DNA from: an uncultured Pelagibacteraceae bacterium | GTDB lineage: Bacteria; Pseudomonadota; Alphaproteobacteria; Pelagibacterales; Pelagibacteraceae | Reading direction: 5' to 3' | NCBI GenBank assembly: GCA_902582155.1 | Contig: CACHRI010000001.1 | Span: 73,307-137,306 of the forward strand | DNA: 64,000 nt | Shown here: in pieces, positions 27,538-38,240 of the stretch | Layout of the letters: each line of letters begins with the position of its first letter | Numbering within the stretch: the stretch's first letter is position 1 | The notes under the pieces: generated by a model | Told to the model about the DNA's origin: nothing | The model's input: the letters and a program-made list of their open reading frames with translations, nothing else | The model's database searches: none | Position numbers and translations under genes: made by a program

Positions 27538-28668
27538 ATGCAAAGCAATACAATCTCAAATTTATCAATTCCAACTAAATCTAAAGGGAGATTTTATTTC
27601 GAAAGTAAAAGCAATTTAAGATCACCTTATCAGAGGGATAGAGATAGAATTTTACATTCGACAGCTTTTAGAAGATTAAAACATAAAACCCAAGTATTTG
27701 TAAATACTACTGGAGATCATTATAGAACCAGAATTACCCATTCATTAGAAGTTTCTCAAATTGCAAGGACTTTAGCAAAATATTTTAATTTAAATGAAGA
27801 TTTAGCTGAGACTTTAAGTTTAGCGCACGACCTAGGCCACACGCCATTTGGTCATGCTGGGGAAGAAGCTTTAAATGAATGTATGAGAAAAAATGGAGGT
27901 TTTGATCACAATATACAAACATTGAGAATAGTTACTCTCTTAGAAAATCGATACTATAACTTTAAAGGATTAAACTTATCAATTGAGACATTAGATGGTT
28001 TGATAAAACATAACGGCCCCATAAAAAATAAAAAAAAATACAATCAGATATTAGGCAAAGACTTTTTTAAAAAAAAAATTAACTTTAACAATAGTCCTTC
28101 TTTAGAGGCACAAATTGCCTCAATCTCGGATGATATAGCTTACAACAGTCATGACTTAGAAGATGGTCTTAAAGCTAACTTGTTTAGTTTAAAAGAAATA
28201 AAAAAAATACCAGTTCTAAAAGATTTAATAAAAAAACACGTTAAAAAGTTAAAAAGATATTCACATGATATTATACTTAGACAAATAGTAAGAGAAATAA
28301 TTAATGAGATGGTAAGTGATGTAATATTTAACACTCATAAAAATTTGAAAAAAAATAAAATTAAATCTGTAAGAGATGTTTATAAGTCTAAATATCCTGT
28401 AGTCTGTTTTTCTAATAAGATGAAGATTTTTGATATAAATGTAAAAAAATTCTTAAGAAAAAATATGTATTACCACAAAAATGTTATCAACAAAACAAAT
28501 TATGGAAAAAAAATTGTTAAAAAATTATTTATAGCAATTAAAAAAGATCCTAAAAAATTTATCAAAGTAGAAAAATTAAAAAATATTGATATTAATAGGT
28601 CTATTTGTGATTTTATAGCTGGAATGACTGATAGATATGCAATAAATTTATATAATAAACTAAAATGA
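27538..28668 (+). CDS. dgt: deoxyguanosinetriphosphate triphosphohydrolase
   Basis: RDRDRILH, FRRLKHKTQV, HSLEV, HDLGHTPFGH, IAGMTD. Confidence 0.95.
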   Translation: MQSNTISNLSIPTKSKGRFYFESKSNLRSPYQRDRDRILHSTAFRRLKHKTQVFVNTTGDHYRTRITHSLEVSQIARTLAKYFNLNEDLAETLSLAHDLGHTPFGHAGEEALNECMRKNGGFDHNIQTLRIVTLLENRYYNFKGLNLSIETLDGLIKHNGPIKNKKKYNQILGKDFFKKKINFNNSPSLEAQIASISDDIAYNSHDLEDGLKANLFSLKEIKKIPVLKDLIKKHVKKLKRYSHDIILRQIVREIINEMVSDVIFNTHKNLKKNKIKSVRDVYKSKYPVVCFSNKMKIFDINVKKFLRKNMYYHKNVINKTNYGKKIVKKLFIAIKKDPKKFIKVEKLKNIDINRSICDFIAGMTDRYAINLYNKLK

Positions 28669-30383
28669 ATATATTTGAACATTATTTAAAAGAGATATGT
28701 GGTTTAGTAAAAAAAAATAAAAACGAATTAAAACTTATAAATTTTAACGATTTTAAAAACATTACTGTGGAAACGCCTCCATCAAATTTTAATTTTGATT
28801 TATCTACGAATATATCTCTTGTTTTAGGTAAACTTAACAATTTGAATCCGAAAGATTTGTCGCTTCAAATAAAGAATATATTAAAAAATAATATTAATGA
28901 TTTTAATGAGATTGAAATCGCTGGTCCTGGTTTTTTAAATATAAATATTTCAGACAAGGCAATAACTTCAAATATTAAAGATATTTTTAAAGAAAATGAC
29001 AGCTATGGTTCATTAAAAGCTAATAAAACTTTTAATATAGAATTTGTTTCAGCTAATCCGACAGGCCCAATGCACATTGGTCACTGCAGAGGAGCTATTT
29101 TTGGAGATGTATTATCTAATCTTTTGATTTTTAATGGCAATAAAGTAACTAAAGAATATTATGTTAATGATTACGGAAATCAGATAAAAAATTTTGTAAA
29201 ATCGGTATATTTAAGAATTAGAGAGATAAAAGATGGAGAAAAATTCATAGATGATAAAGATTTATATCCAGGTGAATATATCATCGATATTGCAAAAAAA
29301 ATATTAAAATCAAAAAATTATAAACACTCCTCATTCGAAAAATCTTACGATTATATATCTAAACAAGCTTTAAAACTATCAATGGAAATTATAAAAGAAG
29401 ATTTAAAAAAACTGGGTATTACGCATGATAAATTTGTTTCTGAAAAATCAATTGTACAATCTAAAATTTTATTAAAGGCAATAAATGAATTAAAAAAAAA
29501 TGATTTTATTTTTGAAGGTTATTTAGACCCACCAAAAGGAGATGAAAATAAGAACTGGAAAAAAACTAAAAAACTCATTTTTAAATCCACATTATTTGGA
29601 GATGATGCTAATAGAGCACTTCAAAAAGATGATGGTTCCTGGACATACTTTGCAAACGATTTAGCTTATCACTACGACAAAGTTTCAAGAAATTATAATT
29701 ATTTAATTAATATTTTAGGAGCAGATCACACTGGTTATATAAATAGAATCAAAGGAGCAGTCTCGGCAATATCTAAAAATAAAACAAATTTAGAGTGCAA
29801 AGTTTGTCAATTAGTTAAACTTTTAAAAAAAGGTCAACCATATAAAATGTCAAAAAGAGCAGGGGAGTTTATTTCCGTTAATGACTTACTTCTTGAAGTA
29901 GACAAAGACTCAATAAGATTTATGATGTTAAATCGAAGTAATGACGTAGAATTAGATTTTGATTTTGAAAAAATATTAGAAAAGAGTAAAGAAAATCCAG
30001 TGTATTACGTTCAATATTGTCATGCTAGAATTCAGTCAATATTTAGAACAATTAATTATAAACCCAAAAAAGATATTAAGATTAATAAAAATTTTAAATT
30101 TAATAAATATGAAAAAGAAATAATTAAAAAAGTTTTTGAATGGCCTAAAATTATTAAGATTTCTTGCAGTAAGTACGAACCTCATAGAATTCCTTTTTAT
30201 CTTTACGAGTTATCTACTTTATTTCACTCTTATTGGAGTAAAGGAAATGAAAACGAAAATTTTAAATTTATTAAAGATGGCAAAATATCTGATGATAAAA
30301 TTATTATTGTTATAAATCTTATATTAGTTGTTTTAAAAAATGGAATGAAAATATTAAATGTTTCGCTACCAAATAAAATGTAA
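28665..30383 (+). CDS. argS: arginine--tRNA ligase
   Basis: SANPTGPMHIGH, GADH, KMSKRAG, YVQYCHAR. Confidence 0.97.
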   Translation: MNIFEHYLKEICGLVKKNKNELKLINFNDFKNITVETPPSNFNFDLSTNISLVLGKLNNLNPKDLSLQIKNILKNNINDFNEIEIAGPGFLNINISDKAITSNIKDIFKENDSYGSLKANKTFNIEFVSANPTGPMHIGHCRGAIFGDVLSNLLIFNGNKVTKEYYVNDYGNQIKNFVKSVYLRIREIKDGEKFIDDKDLYPGEYIIDIAKKILKSKNYKHSSFEKSYDYISKQALKLSMEIIKEDLKKLGITHDKFVSEKSIVQSKILLKAINELKKNDFIFEGYLDPPKGDENKNWKKTKKLIFKSTLFGDDANRALQKDDGSWTYFANDLAYHYDKVSRNYNYLINILGADHTGYINRIKGAVSAISKNKTNLECKVCQLVKLLKKGQPYKMSKRAGEFISVNDLLLEVDKDSIRFMMLNRSNDVELDFDFEKILEKSKENPVYYVQYCHARIQSIFRTINYKPKKDIKINKNFKFNKYEKEIIKKVFEWPKIIKISCSKYEPHRIPFYLYELSTLFHSYWSKGNENENFKFIKDGKISDDKIIIVINLILVVLKNGMKILNVSLPNKM

Positions 30384-30640
30384 TGGGTGTAAAATTTTTA
30401 AAGTTCTTAATCTTAATATTAGTTTCATTATTTTTGTTTATTGTGACAAATTATTACTTTTCTGAAACAAATAAAATTTTAATATCTAAAAATAGAAGCG
30501 GTGACAGTATAAAAAAAAACATAGATATAGATTTACCCGTTTTGGATAATGATACAGAAGACGTAATAGAGTTTAATACTGGTTATGAAAACGCTAATAA
30601 AAAAAAATATAAAAGAAATTTCTGGGAATTATTTAAATGA
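30383..30640 (+). CDS. small bitopic membrane protein at the FtsN/SPOR syntenic position
   Basis: 85 aa, N-terminal TM helix; overlaps argS stop and nagZ start. Confidence 0.75.
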   Translation: MGVKFLKFLILILVSLFLFIVTNYYFSETNKILISKNRSGDSIKKNIDIDLPVLDNDTEDVIEFNTGYENANKKKYKRNFWELFK

Positions 30641-31584
30641 AGATTAAAAAAGCTATAATTATCAGTTTATCAAGCTATAAACTTAGTTCACAAGAAATTA
30701 AAATTTTTAAAAAATATAATCCTTGGGGAGTTATTCTTTTTAGAAGAAATATTAAGAGCTATAATCAAATAAAGAAACTTACTTCAGAAATTAAAAAAGT
30801 AACTAATGATAAAAATTATCCTATTCTTATTGATGAGGAAGGCGGAAAAGTTTCAAGGTTACAAAATATTATAAATAATCAGCTATATTCACAAGAATTA
30901 TTTGGTGATATGTATGAAACCAATTTTAAGATGGCAACAAAAATTTATGAGTTCTATATAAATAATATTGCAAATATTTTAAAGGATTTAGGCATTAATA
31001 TTAATACGGTTCCAGTTTTGGATCGTTTATATAGTTTTACTAATATTTTTTTAAAAGGAAGAGTTTACTCTTCTAAATCATCAACAATTAAAAAATTAGG
31101 AAAAATATGTGTTCAATCATATAAAAAAAACAAAATAGGAAATGTCATAAAGCATATTCCTGGACATGGTTTAGGAAAAACTGACTCCCATAAAAAACTA
31201 CCAATTGTAAATAAAAAATTAAAATTTTTAATTAAGAATGATTTTAGTAATTTTAAAGATATTGATGCACATTTTGCTATGACAGCTCACATTCTTTATA
31301 AAAGTATTGACAAAGAAATGTGCGTAACGCATTCAAAAAAACTTATTAATATTATACGAAAAAAAATACGCTATGGAGGCATAATAATATCTGATGATAT
31401 AAGTATGAAGTCATTAAAATTAGGCCTTGTAAAAAACGCTTTATCAGCATTAAAGGCTGGATGTAACTTAGTGTTATATTGCAAAGGAAATTATAAAGAT
31501 TCCATTAAATTGCTTAAAAAAATTCCACCTATAGATGCATTTACTATGAAAAAAACATCAGAATTTTACAAATTTTTAAGATAA
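30637..31584 (+). CDS. nagZ: beta-N-acetylhexosaminidase (GH3)
   Basis: GVILFRRN, DEEGGKVSRL, KHIPGHG...DSH, SDDISM. Confidence 0.93.
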   Translation: MKIKKAIIISLSSYKLSSQEIKIFKKYNPWGVILFRRNIKSYNQIKKLTSEIKKVTNDKNYPILIDEEGGKVSRLQNIINNQLYSQELFGDMYETNFKMATKIYEFYINNIANILKDLGININTVPVLDRLYSFTNIFLKGRVYSSKSSTIKKLGKICVQSYKKNKIGNVIKHIPGHGLGKTDSHKKLPIVNKKLKFLIKNDFSNFKDIDAHFAMTAHILYKSIDKEMCVTHSKKLINIIRKKIRYGGIIISDDISMKSLKLGLVKNALSALKAGCNLVLYCKGNYKDSIKLLKKIPPIDAFTMKKTSEFYKFLR

Positions 31585-31592
31585 TATTTATT

Positions 31593-32330
31593 ATGGAGTC
31601 GCAAATAAATAATAATTTTTCTGTGGATATACCCAATTATAACGGGCCATTAGAAATATTGTTGGATTTAGCAAAAAATCAAAAAGTTGATCTTGCAAAT
31701 ATTTCAATAACAAAATTGGCTGATCAATTTTTGGAATTTGTCAAAAATAACGAAAATTTAAATTTAGAGAGCGCATCCGAATTTTTATTAATGGCAACAT
31801 GGTTGGCTTATCTTAAATCTAAATTACTTTTACCAGATGATGATGATGACGACTTTAAAGCGTCTGAGGTAGCAGAAAGACTGAAACTTCAATTAAAAAA
31901 ACTTGAATTGATTAGGCTTCTCTCTGATCAATTACTTAAAAAAAAAAGAATTGGAAAAGATATCTTTTATAGAGGTATGAGAGGCGGAATTAAATCTATA
32001 TACACTCCTATTTATGACGTAAGCTTGTATGAGCTTTTAAAAACATATGCTAATGTAAATGCTCAAAAAACTTTTCAAAGAGTAAATATACCTAAACTGC
32101 CAGTTTTGACAACAGAACAGGGTATAAATAATATTAAAAATGAATTAGAAAAACTTAACAATTGGAAAAATTTATTTGATCTCATTCCAGAAAATTTTAA
32201 ATTAAGTAGTAAAAAAAAAAGAACTGGCATATCAGGTATATTTGCCGCCAGTCTCGAACTTGTGAAAGAAGGGTTAATTTCAATTATGCAAAAAAAAACC
32301 TTTGACGAGATACTAATAAAAAAAAAATAG
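31593..32330 (+). CDS. scpA: segregation and condensation protein A
   Basis: GPLEILL, LAYLKSKLLLP, FAASLEL. Confidence 0.93.
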   Translation: MESQINNNFSVDIPNYNGPLEILLDLAKNQKVDLANISITKLADQFLEFVKNNENLNLESASEFLLMATWLAYLKSKLLLPDDDDDDFKASEVAERLKLQLKKLELIRLLSDQLLKKKRIGKDIFYRGMRGGIKSIYTPIYDVSLYELLKTYANVNAQKTFQRVNIPKLPVLTTEQGINNIKNELEKLNNWKNLFDLIPENFKLSSKKKRTGISGIFAASLELVKEGLISIMQKKTFDEILIKKK

Positions 32331-33014
32331 ATGGCTAAAAAAAAAGACAATATAATAAAGTTTCCAGCATCCACTTCAAAATTAGAAAGAAAAATTGAAG
32401 CTATTATATTTGCTGCCGCTGAGCCGTTAGATCTTGATACCATTGAAAAACGATTACAAACTAAATCAAATATCGAGAAAATTTTAATTAAAATTCAAAA
32501 TGATTACAAAGATAGAGGAATAAATTTGATTTGTGTGAGAAATAAATGGTCTTTTAGAACTGCCTCAGATTTGTCAAGTACTATGGCTTTGCAAAAATCA
32601 TCACAAAAAAAATTATCAAAAGCTACAATAGAGACATTGTCAATAATAGTCTATCATCAGCCAGTAACAAGATCAGAGATTGAACAAATTAGAGGAGTGG
32701 CTTTTGGTTCTAATACGATTGAAACATTAATGGAATTAGATTGGGTTAGACCCTCAGGTAGAAAAAACATTCCTGGTAAACCAATTCAATATGTAACAAC
32801 TGATAATTTTTTAAATCATTTTAATATACAAAAACTATCCGATTTACCAACTATTGATGAATTAGGTAGCGCAGGATTAATCGATACTTCATCAATAAAT
32901 TCATCGATTTTTGGCACTAGTAAGTTTTTTTCAGAACAATCTCCAAAAAATAATGAGGATATATATTCCAACATTGAAGAAAGTATTAATGATAATGAAA
33001 AATCCACAGAATAA
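32331..33014 (+). CDS. scpB: SMC-Scp complex subunit ScpB
   Basis: EAIIFA, KLSKATIETL, YHQPVTRSEIEQIRGV. Confidence 0.95.
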   Translation: MAKKKDNIIKFPASTSKLERKIEAIIFAAAEPLDLDTIEKRLQTKSNIEKILIKIQNDYKDRGINLICVRNKWSFRTASDLSSTMALQKSSQKKLSKATIETLSIIVYHQPVTRSEIEQIRGVAFGSNTIETLMELDWVRPSGRKNIPGKPIQYVTTDNFLNHFNIQKLSDLPTIDELGSAGLIDTSSINSSIFGTSKFFSEQSPKNNEDIYSNIEESINDNEKSTE

Positions 33015-33054
33015 AGTTATTTATTTACTATAAATTATTGTATATAAGATACGT

Positions 33055-33243
33055 ATGAGTATTGGTTTTTGGCAAATAGCAATTGTAGTAGTTCTAGTAG
33101 TCTTATTATTTGGACGAGGCAAAATCTCTGATTTAATGGGCGATGTTGCCAAAGGTATAAAAAGTTTTAAAAAAGGTATCTCTGACAACACAGATACATC
33201 AAATCAAGATACAGACGATAAAAATAATTCTAACAGTAATTAA
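33055..33243 (+). CDS. tatA: twin-arginine translocase TatA
   Basis: [25 protein letters not shown]. Confidence 0.96.
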   Translation: MSIGFWQIAIVVVLVVLLFGRGKISDLMGDVAKGIKSFKKGISDNTDTSNQDTDDKNNSNSN

Positions 33244-33248
33244 CTTTA

Positions 33249-33452
33249 ATGCCACAGATCGGTTGGTTTGAATTACTTATAATAATAATAGTAGCCATTT
33301 TAGTAATTGGGCCTAAAGATTTTCCTATAGTATTAAAGAAAATTGGTAATTGGGTCGGAAGTATTAAGCGATATTTTACAGATGTTCAAAAAGAAGTTAA
33401 TGAAATTACTAGTTTAGAAGATAAGAATAACAAAGAAAAAAAGAATGAATAA
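33249..33452 (+). CDS. tatB: twin-arginine translocase TatB (short)
   Basis: IGWFELLII...VIGPKDFP. Confidence 0.9.
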   Translation: MPQIGWFELLIIIIVAILVIGPKDFPIVLKKIGNWVGSIKRYFTDVQKEVNEITSLEDKNNKEKKNE

Positions 33453-34209
33453 CAAAAAAGAAAATACCCAAAATACTTTTGTTAGTCATTTATCTGAACT
33501 TAGATCTAGACTTTTAAGTGCATTTGTATTTTTTGTTATTTTTTTTTTAATATCATATTTTTTTTCTGAACAAATATATAAATTCTTAGTTAAACCGTAT
33601 TCAGATGCTATCTTAGAAAAAAATTTAGATAGACGATTAATTTTTACGGCTCTACATGAAGCTTTTTTAACATACTTAAAAGTTGCTTTTTTTTCCGCTT
33701 TATTTATTACAAGTCCGATATTTTTGATTCAAATATGGAAGTTTATTGCCCCCGGATTATATTCTAATGAAAAAAAAGCTTTAGTGCCGTATTTAGTAGC
33801 CACCCCAATACTATTTCTTATTGGCGGATTACTTGTCTATTATTTTATTATGCCATTGGCTATTAAATTTTTTTTAAGTTTTGAAAGTTCTGCAGATTAT
33901 GGTTCATTAGCAATTCAACTAGAAGCAAAAGTAAATGAATATTTATCTTTAATTATGAGATTAATTTTCGCTTTCGGTATAAGTTTTCAACTTCCAGTGG
34001 TTTTGAGTTTATTAGCTCGGATAGGTATAGTTGATTCAAAATATTTAAAAGAAAGAAGAAAATATGTTGTAGTTATAATTTTTGCTACTGCAGCAGTTTT
34101 GACACCGCCAGACCCAATTACTCAAATAGGCTTGGCATTACCTCTTTTATTATTATATGAATTATCAATCATTACAGTTAAACTAATCGAGAAAAAAGAC
34201 AATGCATAA
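33445..34209 (+). CDS. tatC: twin-arginine translocase TatC
   Basis: HLSELRSR, FIAPGLY, TPPD. Confidence 0.97.
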   Translation: MNNKKENTQNTFVSHLSELRSRLLSAFVFFVIFFLISYFFSEQIYKFLVKPYSDAILEKNLDRRLIFTALHEAFLTYLKVAFFSALFITSPIFLIQIWKFIAPGLYSNEKKALVPYLVATPILFLIGGLLVYYFIMPLAIKFFLSFESSADYGSLAIQLEAKVNEYLSLIMRLIFAFGISFQLPVVLSLLARIGIVDSKYLKERRKYVVVIIFATAAVLTPPDPITQIGLALPLLLLYELSIITVKLIEKKDNA

Positions 34210-35443
34210 TATAAAAGACATCAGAAATGATTTAGACTTTTTTAAAAAAAAACTGAAGGAAAGAAATACGAATATTGAATTAAATCAATTAATTGAACAC
34301 GACAAAAATAATAGGGATTTAATTCAAAAAAAAGAAAAATTTGAACAGGAAAAAAAAAAATTATCAAAATCTAAAGATCCAAAAAATTTTTCAAAATCAA
34401 AAGATTTAACTAATAAAATCTTACAATTAAGCAATGAACAAAAAGTTATTCAAGAAAAAATCAACAAATTTTTATCCTCAATACCAAATTTAGCATTGGA
34501 TGATGTTCCAGTTGGAGCTGATGAAAAATCGAACAAGATAATAAGAAAATCTGGAAAAATAAAAAAATTTGATTTTAAAATTAAATCGCATACTGAATTA
34601 GGCCAAAAATATATGGATTTTGATACCGCAGTAAAATTGTCAGGTTCTAGATTTGTTGTATTAAAGGACAAGCTAGCTTTATTAGAAAGAGCGTTAATAA
34701 ATTTCATGCTAGATATACATACTAAAACTTTTAATTACATTGAAATATCTCCACCACTTATTGTAAGCGAGCAAACTATGTTTGGAACTGGACAGTTACC
34801 AAAATTTGAAACAGATCAATATGAAATTGTTTCTGAAAGTTCAGATGATCGAAAATTTCTTATACCAACGGCAGAAGTTCCTTTAACTAATTTATTCAGA
34901 GAAGATATAGTAGATGTTAACAATTTACCGCTTCGATTTGTAGCCTCTACTCCATGTTTCAGAAAGGAAGCTGGCAGTTATGGTAAAGACACAAAAGGAA
35001 TGATTAGACAACATCAATTTTATAAGGTTGAATTAGTAAGCTTAGTTGATCCAAATAATTGTAATGAAGAACTAGAAAGAATGTTAAATTGCGCTGAGGA
35101 AATTCTTAAACAATTAAATTTACCCTATCAAATTGTTCTTCTCTCCTCAGGAGACATGGGTTTTAGTGCAGAAAAAACTTATGACATAGAAACTTGGATA
35201 CCTTTTGAAAATAAATTTAGAGAAATATCTAGTTGTTCATCCTGTGGCACTTTCCAGTCTAAACGAATGAAAACTAAGTTTAAATCTGGTAAAAATACTG
35301 AGTTTGTCGGAACGTTGAATGGATCAGGACTAGCTACAGGTAGGTTAATGATAGCTTTGTTAGAAAATTATCAAAATAAAGATGGGACCATAAGCATTCC
35401 AGAAGCATTAAAAAAATACATGAATAATATTGAAAAAATCTAA
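34202..35443 (+). CDS. serS: serine--tRNA ligase
   Basis: PTAEVP, FRKEAG, RQHQF, EISSCS, TLNGSGLA. Confidence 0.98.
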   Translation: MHNIKDIRNDLDFFKKKLKERNTNIELNQLIEHDKNNRDLIQKKEKFEQEKKKLSKSKDPKNFSKSKDLTNKILQLSNEQKVIQEKINKFLSSIPNLALDDVPVGADEKSNKIIRKSGKIKKFDFKIKSHTELGQKYMDFDTAVKLSGSRFVVLKDKLALLERALINFMLDIHTKTFNYIEISPPLIVSEQTMFGTGQLPKFETDQYEIVSESSDDRKFLIPTAEVPLTNLFREDIVDVNNLPLRFVASTPCFRKEAGSYGKDTKGMIRQHQFYKVELVSLVDPNNCNEELERMLNCAEEILKQLNLPYQIVLLSSGDMGFSAEKTYDIETWIPFENKFREISSCSSCGTFQSKRMKTKFKSGKNTEFVGTLNGSGLATGRLMIALLENYQNKDGTISIPEALKKYMNNIEKI

Positions 35444-35491
35444 AAAATAATCTTCTTGTTTCAAATGAACTTTTAATATAATTATTCTAGA

Positions 35492-35776
35492 ATGAATTCA
35501 CAAGGATTTGCACAATTTATTCCATTAATACTAATATTTGTAATTTTTTATTTCTTTTTGATAAGACCGCAGCAAAAAAGAGTTAAAGATCACAGAACTA
35601 TGGTTCAAGGACTTAAAAGAGGTGATGAAGTTATAACCTCTGGAGGTATAATAGGGGTAGTCGATAAAGTTCATGATGATGACAAAATAGATGTAACTTT
35701 ATGTGATAATGTAAAAGTACAAATTATAAAATCAACAATCACAAGTTTACTTAAAAAAGAAGATCCAAAAAAGTAA
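35492..35776 (+). CDS. yajC: preprotein translocase subunit YajC
   Basis: YFFLIRPQQKR, GDEVITSGG. Confidence 0.96.
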   Translation: MNSQGFAQFIPLILIFVIFYFFLIRPQQKRVKDHRTMVQGLKRGDEVITSGGIIGVVDKVHDDDKIDVTLCDNVKVQIIKSTITSLLKKEDPKK

Positions 35777-35785
35777 GAGGTCTTT

Positions 35786-37333
35786 GTGCTTAACTTCACA
35801 AAATTTAAAATAACGACAATTTACTTTATTTTAATAGTTTTATCTGCTTTTGCTTTCTTAAATTTAATTTCTAATGAAAATTTTATAGTAAATAAAAAAG
35901 TAAACCTTGGTTTAGATCTTCAAGGTGGATCCTATCTGTTATTGGAAATTGATACAGATCCTCTTATAAATGAAAGACTACAAGATAAAGTTGTAGCAAT
36001 TAAAAAATTTTTAAAAAAAAATGATCTTGATTATAATTCATTTTCACTCAAAAATAATTTAATTACTTTTAAATCAAAAAATGAAAACAAAGTAAAATTT
36101 GAAAATCTTTTTTTTTCAAAATCAAATAATTCAATAAATCCGTATATTGATCAATACAGAGCTCATCAATTTGATTTAGTTGTAAATGAAGATATTTTTA
36201 AAATTAAATTTTCTAAATTTGGACTTCTTAGTTTAAATAATGCGGCAGTAAAACAATCTATTGAAATAGTAAGAAGAAGAATCGATGACCTTGGAACAAA
36301 AGAACCAACAATTATTCAAAGAGGTGAAAAAAGAATAGTAGTTGAGTTACCAGGAATAAAAGATCCATCTAGAATTAAAAGCTTATTAGGAAAAACCGCT
36401 CAATTGAACTTTAGGCTGGTAACAAAAAAAGATAATGAATTCGGTTCAGAAAAAATGATTTCAGAAATTGGTGAGGAAATAACAGTAAATAAAAAGATCA
36501 TCATGAGTGGTGAAAACTTAGTTGATGCTCAGCCACGTGTTGACAATCAATCAAGCCAACCAATTGTATCATTTACTTTAGATAGATTAGGTGCTCAAAA
36601 ATTTGGTAAAGTAACATTAGAAAATGTTGGGCAAAGGTTGGCAATAGTTCTTGATAATAAAGTTATAAGCGCTCCTGTTATTAGAGAAGCTATTACTAGC
36701 GGCAATGGATCTATATCAGGAAATTTTTCATTTCAAGAAGCAACTGACTTAGCTTTATTATTAAGATCTGGAGCGCTCCCAACTCCAATTAATATTGTTG
36801 AAGAAAGAACTGTTGGCCCTGACTTAGGAAGGGACTCTATAATATCTGGTTCCATCTCTTTATTGATAGGATTTATTTTAGTTATTTGTTACATGTTTTA
36901 TAAGTATAAAATGTTTGGTCTTATAGCCAATATTTCTCTAATTTCAAATTTACTGATGTTAATAGGAGTATTAACTATTTTAGAAGCAACTTTAACTCTA
37001 CCAGGTATTGCAGGAATAATTCTTACAGTTGGTATGGCAGTAGATGCAAATGTTTTAATTTTTGAAAGAATAAAAGAGGAATTAAAAACTGAAAAATCTG
37101 TGATACACGCATTTGACATGGGTTATAATAGAGCAAAGATAACAGTACTTGATGCTAACATTACAACCTTGCTAGCAACTTTAATTCTTTTCTTTTTTGG
37201 AACTGGACCGGTAAAAGGATTTGCAGTTACATTGGGCATTGGAATTATTACAACCTTATTTTCAGCTTATTATATTGCAAGACATATAACTTCCTCATAT
37301 GTATTGAGAAATAAAGAGAACATAAAATTATGA
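35786..37333 (+). CDS. secD: protein translocase subunit SecD
   Basis: LGLDLQGG, LRSGALP, GMAVDANVLIFERI. Confidence 0.97.
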   Translation: MLNFTKFKITTIYFILIVLSAFAFLNLISNENFIVNKKVNLGLDLQGGSYLLLEIDTDPLINERLQDKVVAIKKFLKKNDLDYNSFSLKNNLITFKSKNENKVKFENLFFSKSNNSINPYIDQYRAHQFDLVVNEDIFKIKFSKFGLLSLNNAAVKQSIEIVRRRIDDLGTKEPTIIQRGEKRIVVELPGIKDPSRIKSLLGKTAQLNFRLVTKKDNEFGSEKMISEIGEEITVNKKIIMSGENLVDAQPRVDNQSSQPIVSFTLDRLGAQKFGKVTLENVGQRLAIVLDNKVISAPVIREAITSGNGSISGNFSFQEATDLALLLRSGALPTPINIVEERTVGPDLGRDSIISGSISLLIGFILVICYMFYKYKMFGLIANISLISNLLMLIGVLTILEATLTLPGIAGIILTVGMAVDANVLIFERIKEELKTEKSVIHAFDMGYNRAKITVLDANITTLLATLILFFFGTGPVKGFAVTLGIGIITTLFSAYYIARHITSSYVLRNKENIKL

Positions 37334-38238
37334 AATACGATATAGATTTTAAAAATTATTTTAAAAAATGTAATTTAATATCAATTTGTTTAATTTTTAT
37401 TAGCGTAATATTTATAACTTTTAAAGGGCTGAATTATGGAATTGATTTTAAAGGTGGGTCCTTAATTGAAATAAGAGTTGATAATAAAAATGTGCAAGTA
37501 TCAGATATTAGAAGATCCTTAAACAAAATTGATGTTGGAGATATAAATGTAAAAAAATTTGGATCTGAAAAAGATTTTTTAATTAAAATTGAGAAAAAAA
37601 TAAGTAATAACGATGAATTAATTTCAAAAATTAAGTCTAATCTAAACAATGATCTAAACGAAGAGGTAAATTATAGACGAGTTGAAAGCGTAGGTCCAAA
37701 AGTAAGTGCTGAGTTATTAAAATCAGGTTTAATTTCTATTGCTTTAGCATTGCTTATTATGCTTTTTTATATTTGGTTTAGATTTGAATGGCAATTTAGC
37801 TTAGGTTCAATAATAGCTTTGTTTCATGATGTTTTGATTACTATTGGAATATTTTCAATTCTTTCAATTGAAATAAATTTATCAATTGTAGCAGCTGTTT
37901 TAACTATTGTAGGTTATTCAATGAATGATACTGTTGTTATTTATGACCGCATAAGAGAAAATCTTTCTAAATATAACAAATTAGACACTGATAATATTTC
38001 AAACTTGTCAATCAATGAAACTTTATCAAGAACTCTGATTACTTCGATTACTACTTTATTAGCTTTACTATCAATATTCTTGTTAGGAGGAGAAATATTA
38101 AAAGGTTTTTCGTTTGCAATGATCCTTGGTGTTTTGATAGGAACTTATTCTTCGATATTCGTTGCTTCGCCAATTCTAAAATATTTAAAAGTTACATATA
38201 AAACTTTAGAAAAAAAGGAAGAAAATATAGTTCCTTAA
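37330..38238 (+). CDS. secF: protein translocase subunit SecF
   Basis: GIDFKGG, HDV, GYSMNDTVVIYDRIRE. Confidence 0.97.
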   Translation: MKYDIDFKNYFKKCNLISICLIFISVIFITFKGLNYGIDFKGGSLIEIRVDNKNVQVSDIRRSLNKIDVGDINVKKFGSEKDFLIKIEKKISNNDELISKIKSNLNNDLNEEVNYRRVESVGPKVSAELLKSGLISIALALLIMLFYIWFRFEWQFSLGSIIALFHDVLITIGIFSILSIEINLSIVAAVLTIVGYSMNDTVVIYDRIRENLSKYNKLDTDNISNLSINETLSRTLITSITTLLALLSIFLLGGEILKGFSFAMILGVLIGTYSSIFVASPILKYLKVTYKTLEKKEENIVP

Positions 38239-38240
38239 TC

